A stretch of 64,000 nucleotides of DNA. It comes from Macrostomum lignano (lineage: Eukaryota). The notes beneath the pieces were generated by a model. The model did not search any database. It saw only the letters and a list, made by a program, of their open reading frames with translations, and was not told where the DNA came from. The stretch's first letter is position 1; every line of letters starts with the position of its first letter. This document shows positions 50,905 through 60,694 of the stretch, in pieces. The position numbers were made by a program, and so were the translations under genes. The stretch spans positions 62,001 through 126,000 of the forward strand of contig NIVC01000139.1 in the NCBI GenBank assembly GCA_002269645.1, read 5' to 3'.

Positions 50905-51930
50905 TTGGTATGGAGTTGGCATGCAGTTGGCATGTTGGTATGGAGTTGGTATGCAGTTGGTATGCAGTTGGTATGCAGTTGGCATACAGTTGGTATGGAG
51001 TTGGTATGCAGTTGGTATGCAGTTGGTATGCAGTTGGTATGCAGTTGGCATACAGTTGGTATGGTGTTGGTATACAGTTGGCATGTTGGAATATAGTTGG
51101 TATGGAGTTGGTATGCAGTTGGTATGCAGTTGGTATGCAGTTGGTATGCAGTTGGTATGGAGTTGGTATGCAGTTGGCATGTTGGTATGGAGTTGGTATG
51201 TAGTTGGTATGCAGTTGGTATGGTGTTGGTATGCAGTTGGCATGTTTGTATGGAGTTGGTATGGAGTTGGTATGCAGTTGGTATGGAGTTGGTATGCAGT
51301 TGGCATGTTGGTATGGAGTTGGTATGCAGTTGGCATGCAGTTGGTATGGTGTTGGTATGCAGTTGGCATGTTGGTATGTAGTTGGTATGCAGTTGGTATG
51401 GAGTTGGTATGGTGTTGGTATGCAGTTGGCATGTTGGTATGTAGTTGGTATGCAGTTGGCATGTTGGTATGGAGTTGGTATGCAGTTGGCATGTTGGTAT
51501 GGAGTTGGTATGCAGTTGGCATACAGTTGGTATGGTGTAGGTATACAGTTGGCATGTTGGAGTATAGTTGGTATGGAGTTGGTATGCAGTTGGTATGGAG
51601 TTGGTATGGTGTTGGTATGCAGTTGGCATGTTGGTATGTAGTTGGTATGGAGTTGGTATGCAGTTGGTATGCAGTTGGTATGGAGTTGGTATGGTGTTGG
51701 TATGCAGTTGGCATGTTGGTATGTAGTTGGTATGCAGTTGGCATGTTGGTATGGAGTTGGTATGCAGTTGGCATATTGGTATGGAGTTGGTATGCAGTTG
51801 GCATATTGGTATGGGGTTGGTATGCAGTTGGTATGGAGTTGATATGGTGTTTGTATACAGTTGGTATACAGTTGGCATGTCAGTATGGATTTGGTATAGA
51901 GTTGGTATGCTATTGGTGTGCAGTTGGCCA
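50905..51930 (-). repeat. Inverted CCAAC-core minisatellite array in the right TIR (about 1.0 kb)
   Basis: Reverse complement of the left array, but shorter. Confidence 0.95.
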
Positions 51931-53689
51931 CAATCTCACCTCTGGACACACATGTTAGAAGCTGTATTTAAATCTCAGTGTGCAACCTTTTTTATATATA
52001 AGGTTGATATATATATATAAAACCTACATAAACATATTTCTCTGACACTAGTTACTAGATTTCTTAAAAACTAAAAACCTTCTATAGGTATCAGTTTCTA
52101 GAACAAAATTTTGATTAATGAATAAATGAAATGGCAAGTTTTTAAAGCAATTGTAACAAATAATTTAGGGATTTACTTTGGAAAGTCAGATTGGAGTTAA
52201 GACTAATTTTATTTGAGCTTCAACTTACAACAATTTTTAAGCTTACTGGCAAATTTACAATTAGAATTTTAAGAGAAAATAAACCTTGCCCAAAAGTATA
52301 AATCTATACATATTTTTTGTCAAACAAAAGCAAAAATATTTCAAATTATAAGCCTCTTTTCTTGGAGCATGCCAAAAATTCACTTTTTTCAAATTTTGCC
52401 TTAAGTGATTCTTTTGTTTTATATTTAATGCCCACAATGGCTTTATTGTATTCTATCCATATCTTTATCCTTCATTTCTATATAACACTTGATAGGTTTA
52501 TGTTTCCTGGTTTCTACATTGAAATATTTGTAGTGAACATTATTTTTTTCAAGTAAAGTAAATACTTTTCGATTTATCTAAGCAAATATATTGGGAATAT
52601 AATATAGTCTTAAATAAAAGAGTATACAATTCTACACTATGTAGATTTTTTTATTTTTTAAGGCTGGCATGCTAAATCTAACTTCACGTGGGCACTTTGA
52701 AATAGTAAAATGGAGAAAACAGTTATACCATAGGGTAATCTTCAACCTTGATCATTTTTATATGTTTAGATGTATACATGCATCCAAATTTTGACGAAAA
52801 ACCCTGATCCATACAACACAAATACTTCAGCATTGGAAAAGCAACAGTTTCTCTTTTAAAAAACCTTGCAACCCTAAGTGACAGTGTCACAAATGTCCGA
52901 GACAAAACAATATGTTGCACGATTTAAAACGGATAGTTTTATTTTCCAATGATTCACTAAAAGCTTGAACTTTTAACTTCAACTAAAATGTACAAATACT
53001 ATTGTACAAATACCTTGTACGCTTTTAATACCTAATTGAACTATTTAGCACGCTGCAGCTAATCGTTGTACACGATGCATGCACGCACACTACGCGATAA
53101 AAGCCATAATTTGAAAGTCTGGAACGAGTGCACAAAAACAAAATTGCAAAATTAAAACTATGCATGGACTGCTTTATTTCATTAAATATGAATTAGGAAG
53201 TGTCCTAGACAAATTTAATGCTTGTTCCTAACCGTACGACAGAAAATAAAGTGTCTGTAGAAGTGTCTGAATAAGTGTCGGCGAATGTTTCATACGTGTA
53301 CACTGTTCATGGAAAATGTAAACTTATGACGCATGTATGAATAAAAGAGTTTAACAAAGACTCTTTTTATACTATAAACAGAAGGCCTGTCTCTATATCA
53401 ATTTAGAAATGGTTCGTCGAATTTGGTCTATAAGATAGCTTTATTTTTGTTACAACTAAGGTATTTTTTTAACACCGGATGCACGGGTTCACAAAAAAAT
53501 TAATCTATCGCGTTTAAGAAGCACATTTTTTGTCCCTAGCAAGTCGCGACGAGCAGAATTAGTTTCCAGCCTTGAAAACTTTAGGAATTCCGTGTTTTAG
53601 CGTTTGCAGTAATTAACTTTGAACGTGCTACTAAATTTATTTGCAACGAGTCTATCAAGACAAGAGACCAAGTGCCAATTTACAAAAAC

Positions 53690-55510
53690 CCACAGGCTTG
53701 GACCGAGGCAAAGGTGATTTTCATCCTTAGCCAGGCCACCCTATCAAATCCTTCAGACCGATCAGCCTGATCTCCTTCCTCCCTGGTCAAGCCAATGGAG
53801 AGCCCGGTGTTCTGGCGCCTTCTCTGTGGAGTCGAGCTGAAGAACAAAACCCTCAGCGAAAATCAGCAGGCATTTCAGGCGCGGGTAGCTACACTGAAAG
53901 CGCGCTGCACGTCCTGATCGATAAACTAGAGAAGGCCGTGCTTGGAACCGACTTCGCATCTGGGGATCTTCCTGCTGGACACCACACGGACTACTTAAGT
54001 AGAAATATAAACGACAATTAAGTAGTCCGTGGGACACCATTGGCGCCTTCGGAACGCCTCGAAGAGGACGCGCGTTATCGAAGAGCCCTCGTGAGAGGCA
54101 AATGCACTCACATCTCACCAGGTGGATCACGTACATGATCAGCCATATATATCAGCCATCGCACGGCACCGCCAGTCTGCTGGTCTACCAGAGGACGGTC
54201 CCCGTATGCAAAGGTAGCCCGCAAGGTGGGGTGCTGTTTCCAGTTCTCTGGAATATGGTCATCGGTGAGCTCCTTCAGAATTCAGAATTCAGAATTCAGA
54301 AGTAAGAAATGCGGACGATTTCTCCGCGGTGTCGTCTGGTCCGTCCCCTGTTACCCTCAGGGACCTTCTTTAGAATTTCATCTACATGTACGCCGCTGAG
54401 TGCTGGGCGGATCGTTGTGGCCCAAGCTCTCTGAGATTAAGACGGCAGCTTTCATGTTCACCAGCAGGACCAAGAACATGCAGATTCGGCCCCTCATGTT
54501 TTACGGAAGGGAAATCCCCTTCTGCAAGCAGGCTAAAATGTCTAGGGATTACCCTGGACCACAGGCTGAACGGGTCACCCCACGTTCAAGCAAAAGCCAA
54601 GAGGGCCCTCGCAGTCCTCGTGCAGCTATACTAGCTGCGCAGGGCTGCCGGCACCACCTTGGGGCTCACCCCAAGCGCCTCTGGTGAATCTACACTACAC
54701 TACACTGCACTACACGTTGAAATGGTTAGGCCTGCTACCTCGTACGGCGGCCTGATCTGGGCTAGCGCCTTTCAGATGAAGACTTGCCTGGAAACAGGAG
54801 AGCGCAAGAGCGCGCATGCTGCATGATCATCAGCGCCCCCCGTCTGCTCTATACGATGGCCTCAACGCCTTCCTCAACATTCCCCAGCGCGCTAGACATC
54901 TTTGTCTTCAGGGAAGCAGCTAAGACAGCCCGCCTTATCACGCTGGCATTTGTTTCCTGCTCCATAGGGCCATGGCTAAGCGCAAGCTCCGGCCTCACGC
55001 CGACTTCTCCCTCAAAGACTTGAGAGACGGCAGCGGGCTCCACTTCTTGTCTGACGGTCAACCCGCACTCTCAGCCTCAGCGCTACAAGGTCACCATCCC
55101 CTCCCCTCAACTGATGCTACCACTGACCACTGGAATTTCCAGGAGGTCCATTGTTACACCGCCACACCGGCTTTGGGGTCTCCATCATCATCAACGACCG
55201 CGTCATTGCCACGCATGCCCAGCACACTGGCAGACTCTCCACGGTCTTCCAGAACGAAGTCCTGGTCCTGGTCCTGCCCCGCAGAGCTGAATGCCAAGGG
55301 TACGAGAGGAGAGACTATCGTCATCCACTCTGACAGCCAGGTGGCCTTACAGGCCCTTTGACACACCACTACGAACTCCCGGACAGTCGCTGACTGCACC
55401 CAGCAGCTCAGCCTCCTGGCCAGTAGCAATACTGTCAGGCTGAAGTGGATCCCAGGGCACGCAGGGTTTCCGGGAAACGAGTTGGCAGACACTCGCCAAG
55501 AGGGGCGGCT
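53690..55510 (+). mobile_element. Degenerate non-LTR retrotransposon (RT plus RNase H; R1/LOA-like)
   Basis: KSFRPISLISFL, KGSPQGGVLFPVLWN, LGITLDHRL, STVFQNEV, IHSDSQVAL and LKWIPGHAGFPGNELAD, with many frameshifts. Confidence 0.8.
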
Positions 55511-55559
55511 CTGGCTCTTTCCTTGGCCCTGCTCGTCAGATCGATGACTGGCCTGATTC

Positions 55560-55955
55560 CCTTCGTCCAAGCAGGCCCCTATGTACAGCAGCCTAAGAGC
55601 GAACGAGAGCTCCATGACTGATTCGCCATTCTTGCGTTGTCTATTTTGGAACTCGTGCATGGCGCGGTGCTGACTGGCAGAGCCGCCGTACTGCTCGACA
55701 AGAAGTGCCTTGATTTTCTTTTTCTCGGCATCCGGCATGTCCCAAACACAGACCCGGGCCTCCCCTCTCAGCAGGAGAGCTTCACTTTGGAGGCTCGCTT
55801 TGCATCGTCCCAATTCTTGTCTTCGGCGAAGTCTTCAAAAAAGATGCTCAGCCAAAAGTGCACGTTTGATTGGCCGCAAAACTTGGACGAGCAAACTGGC
55901 GTCGTTGCTCTTTTCATCGCTGATCTGCAATCGGTCAATGCCTGTCTTTCTCGCA
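55560..55955 (-). mobile_element. LTR-retrotransposon Gag fragment
   Basis: FCGQSNVHFWL..FEDFAEDKNWDDAK and HEFQNRQRKNGESVMELSFALRLL resemble Ty3/gypsy gag. Confidence 0.6.
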
Positions 55956-55961
55956 CTCTGC

Positions 55962-56307
55962 CAGTGGCGTGGGGGGGGGGGCACAGACGGCCAATCGTTA
56001 AAATTTCGAGTAATAATTTTTCAAATTTTTAGCAAAAAGACTGTCATAGTAGATGTGGGAAAATTACTTTTTAAATATCTTGCCTGTGGAGCTAAATTTG
56101 TCTTGAAATCTTGTCTGCGGCGCTAAAAATTTTTTGCATTCGGCACTTAATTAGCAAAATGTTTTGCTTAGTGAATGGGGACTGGTACTCTTTCCCGGCT
56201 GACAAAAAGTAATGCAAAGCTTGGCGCCTGAGTATATTCCAATTACATTGACTTGTGACGCTGGATCCTGACCCCCGACCCAGTAAAAAATCTTGGCTAC
56301 GCCACTG
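55962..56307. mobile_element. hAT-like MITE
   Basis: TIR CAGTGGCGT(G/A)G...CTACGCCACTG; the 8-bp flanks cactctgc and cacgctgg match at 6 of 8 positions (decayed TSD). Confidence 0.6.
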
Positions 56308-56977
56308 CACGCTGGTGGCTTCTGATTTATTTAATATTCATTTTGACTGCAATGAAATATTGTGTATAGCCATTACTTCACTGTAAGCCTGCCGTTCCTA
56401 CATGTAGATATAGCGCCAAACTTTGCATCATATTAAAGAGAACAAATTTTAAACAATTTGGCGAAAAATTATCATTCTAAATGCAATTAATCCGGAGTTA
56501 TGAGCGTCAAAAGTTTAGCTGCAATGCAAACAAGCAGGCCTTCAAATAATTTTGCAATATTTGGCGAGTGTTATGTCGTGATACAGCGGTAACTTCTAGT
56601 GGTCCTTGGTTTAGTGTCACCAAGTTTGTACATGTCACTGAATGAATTAATAAAGAAAGGAGTTACCTATCACTGGGTGTACTACTCGGATATTGACGAT
56701 TTTAAAATTGCTGAGATTTACATGTAAGTCCTACTGTCTTTCAGTTCTACAGATTTTCTGCAGCTTGAGTACATGTACGCCCGCGCAAAAGCTTTAGCTT
56801 CTCTAAGCTATAGAGAGATGGGGTCCATGAAGACAGCCCGCGTTTGAATCCTCCCTTCTTGTACATTTATGTACATTTACGAGTGCGTACAAGCATCTGC
56901 AGTTCGCAGAAGCTTAAACGGGTGTTGAATATGGGATGGGCTGGATCGGATGTACAAACGCTGCATAAATTTTAAGA

Positions 56978-56990
56978 GTTGCTTGGAAAC
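56978..56990. promoter_or_regulatory. Candidate RFX X-box (GTTGCTTGGAAAC)
   Basis: Fits GYTRYY-N1-RRHRAC; about 280 bp upstream of the calmodulin-like ATG. Confidence 0.35.
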
Positions 56991-57272
56991 CGAGAATTAG
57001 AGGGTAGAGAAAACAGAGAGGACTGGGTTTTGGAACTTTGGGGAAGGGATGTGAATTGCACTTGTTTCCACCTGCTGCTCAGTGCAAAAGGCAGAAAATA
57101 TGAGAAGGTATGAGAGTTACTTGGGATTAATGGAGGATGTGAAGTTAGCTGCCCGCCACGATTCAAACCCAAAATTGTATTCTTATCTTTCTCTCTCTAA
57201 TACTGAAGACTTATTTTGTCTGCCGATACTTTGCATTCTTCTCAAATAAATTTTTAAAAGGCTTCTGTGCTT

Positions 57273-58926
57273 ATGGCGACAAGCAAGGCAACCTCAGCAA
57301 CCGGCAGTAGATTGGCAGGTGCAACTGGCAAAGCCTCTGCTAAATCTCAGCGCGCGTCGACAACTGTATCAACTGTGCGCAGTGGAGAGGTCACAGAAAA
57401 AGGTCATATCTCAGTTTTTTTCTTTAAGGTTTTATAGTAAATATGCTAAAGCAGTTGCTTATGAAAAAAATGATATGCATATATGCATAATATTATGTAC
57501 TATTTCAGTGACGAAATCCCCAACATAAAACATTTCATTTTCAAGGATTACAAAAAATCATTTGATCCATTGTACAGCTAGATAGCGTCCTATATAAATG
57601 TTACTTGAGTAAGTCCTTGTAGCGTACATGTGCGTGTTCACGTTGAGTTATCAGGTTGAAATTAAACTATAGAAAACCACACCAACTTATATTATACAGC
57701 ACTCAGGGAGACCTTTATCCAACTAAGCACCAAAAAGAGCGGTTTGCTGCCACTGAATCTGATTGGCGTCGCGCTGCGCTTAAATAACCAGTGTCCCACG
57801 GAAGCGGAGCTCAGAAAAATCATGGCTGAACACCAGCGTGAAGATGATGCTGACCCAGGTCTGAAGCGATCTAACTTAAGGCTAAATTTCTTCGACGCTG
57901 TGAAACTAAATCAAATTGCTCTTACAAAATTAATTTCAGCTTCTGTTCCAGCAATTGACTTTGAAGAGTTCTGCGTCATAATGCGAGATAACTGGAGAAG
58001 CAGAGATCTACTGTTAGAAGAGATCTCAGCTGCTTTGAGCACCTTCGACAAAGGAGAAACGGGAGTGATCGGGGCAGACGAGATGAGGATGCGGTTGATG
58101 AGTCTTGGAGAAGTGCTTGATGAAGCTGAAATCACCGAGCTGTTGAAAGACGCCAACGTAAATGAGGGAAACATTGCATATACAAGTAAGATACTAAACT
58201 TTTTTTGAAATTTTAAAAAGTTTTTGATATTCCAAATGCTGTTGTCACAAAGTTGAGATTCATCTTAACGCATAGATCTTCGCTGAAATCTAGGCTCGTA
58301 ATTTAGCTGTGTTTGAAAAAACTCATGAGAAACTTTTATTAATAAATAAAAAAGAAAGAGAAGGGGTTAAGGGGACAAGCAAAATTAAGCTAGAGCTAAA
58401 ATGGCAAAATGGCAAAGTTATTTTTGGTTTATTGCTTTTATTGCTTCTGTGTGGCATCTAAGATCGAACTGTGCATTATTAAAAGCTCGAGATGCTAAAT
58501 AATAAAAAATATTCCTGATCTTTCCATAATCGATGGGGGCCATTCCTGAAAATTACGAACCCTTTGCTACGATAGGCTAGATGCTCGTAGATAGGCTACG
58601 GCTTTCTTGAATTATGGTACACTGCTTGTGCTTGTATCCCATGGAACCATTGAAATTATACTCGACGCTGCAGTTATAACTGTCCTTTTTATATTCTAAA
58701 ATCTCTTAGTAAGTTACTCACTGAGTATTATTCACTGGCAGCTCCTTACTTTTCTTTTTCTCCATATTAATTTTAACTGGGGAAAACATTTATCATTAAT
58801 TTGCTAGGTCTGGCCACACTACTGCTAGATGCCTACAGCCGGCCCTCGTCGATAAAGTCAGGAAAGAAGAAGGGAAACGCCTCCGCGAGAAGCGTAAAAA
58901 GCAAAAAAAATGAAAGTTTAAACTGA
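57273..58926 (+). CDS. Divergent calmodulin/myosin-light-chain-like EF-hand protein (4 exons, about 217 aa)
   Basis: Exons 57273-57402, 57700-57858, 57940-58185 and 58808-58926, with compatible phases. Motifs LRETF...QCPTEAELRKIM, IDFEEFCVIM, FDKGETGVIGADEMRMRLMSLGEVLDEAEI. The first and last exons are less certain. Confidence 0.7.
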
Positions 58927-59289
58927 TATTTTGCCTCTCTCGGATTGAATTTTTCAACTATTTGGAGGGAATGTATATGTACGAGTTCGTATGTTGTTGC
59001 GTATTTTTTCGGGCAAAAAGTTTCTGAGCTACGAGTTTTTATACGCATACGAGCGTACATTTTTGTATGTACTCGTATATGATGCAAATACATATAAGAT
59101 ACATATACAAGAAATGAACTGACTGGTCAACAATAAAATTTTGATAAAGTTGAAACTGCAAATATATAAACGAATCCGATCCAGTCATTTCACTACTGTC
59201 CGCTCTTTGTATCCGATTTTTGTGATTGGAATGGCTGCTTTGCTTGTTTCATTTTATTTGTGTTCCTAGAAATGAGTTAGCCCGGTGTT

Positions 59290-60420
59290 TTCAAAGACCT
59301 AAAAACTCGGCTGCCCAACTTACGTGACTTAGCATCCGGATACAGCAGCTGGGAGGCTTCGCCGCCCATTCCGCTAACCTCTGGCGACCACAAGCAGCTA
59401 GTTCTACGGTTTCGCGGATAACTCCTGGGTGTCGGGAGATCCGGTGGTGCCGGTGTCCGCAGCGAGATCCCCCTCCGGAGGAGTCCAAGGGGTGGATGGT
59501 CGCTCGCCCTTGGGTAGCGTACGAGCTTTTAGATTCTCGGACCTGAAAGAGATCCAGGTTTGGGCCTAGGTAGGTGAGCCTGTCATTCACAGATGAAGTC
59601 CTCCGCATTCTCGAGAGACAGAATGGGCATTCCTCGCTACGGATTTTTCCTTGGAGGTGACGATGCCTGGCAAAACAGCCATGTCCTGAGAGGGCCATGG
59701 TCACCGCCCTGATGTCCCTCCGGTTAAGTCCAAGCAGGGCCCTGCGGAGGGCGGGGGAAGCCCGCGCGAGATTGGTGGCAGTCGGGGGGCGTTAGCCCAC
59801 CTTTCCCTGAGCTTTGAAGCCACCCATAGGTTAATCCAAGTGGCGACAACGGCGGTTGGGGTGGGGACCACGGGCAGGGGACCAGAAAAAAACCGGTCAA
59901 GATAGCCTTGGCCAGGCGATCGGCCAACTAGTTGCCAGGGTGGCCCGAGTGCCCGAGAATCCACCTTGAGAATACCATGTTGGACCTTAGAAGCGGTTAA
60001 GCTGCCCGCTGAAGTCGGGGATGGTGCGCCAGCAGTAGATGGTAGTGCGCTGAATGGCGAGAATCGCCGCTTGACTGTCCGAGTGGAGGGTAATCTCCTT
60101 CCACCAGACACGCCGATTGTACAGCTCCATGGCGCAGGATCTGATGGCGAGAACTTTGTTCTGGAAAAGGGTAAAGGGTGTGCTGGGAGAAGGACGCCAG
60201 GGTTCTTCTTCCATCCACAATGCAGTAGCCGTAACCAGAGGCGGAGTTGATTTGGGACCCGTTAGTGAAGCAGTGGATTTCATGGGGTTTCCAGCTGTCC
60301 TTTGCTTCGTGAAGTGGTGGAATGCTGGTTTTGAATCCAAGCGGAGAGCAGAGCGGGGACGGGATTCCATCTGAGAGGGTCAGTAAACCTCCAGCTGCCT
60401 CCAGGTCTCCCAGGCGGAGC
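59290..60420 (-). mobile_element. Degenerate non-LTR retrotransposon 3' part (RNase H plus C-terminal Zn finger)
   Basis: IHCFTNGS, TLFQNKVLAI, ITLHSDSQAAILAI and LSGHGCFARH...ECPFC. Confidence 0.75.
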
Positions 60421-60694
60421 TTGACGAGCGGCCGGAGGTTCTGATTTCTGAAGGCGAACTGCTTCTGGATGACGACACCCGCGTGGATTGCTGGATTGCT
60501 GGATAAGAAAATTTTTGGAATGCAATGCTTGCAGCAAAATGCTCACTGCGGATCGGACTGCGGTACTTCCATCCAACTGAAGTGGCATCCAAATGCTTTG
60601 GCAGGTCTTGTGCTGCGTTTGTGTTGTGCAGGGATCGAGATGGTAGAGAAAATGTTTCAGCAACAAATCACGACTTTTCTGCACCAGAGTCAAA

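Larger units (their letters stand above)
40394..53297 (+). mobile_element. 12.9-kb Foldback/NOF-like Mutator (MULE) element
   Basis: Perfect 9-bp TSD GTACACTGT (40385-40393, 53298-53306); termini ACGTATGAAAC...GTTTCATACGT. About 1.37 kb of unique TIR appears identical at both ends, followed by inverted minisatellite arrays. The loop holds a DDE transposase with CxxH and a convergent second ORF. Confidence 0.93.
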
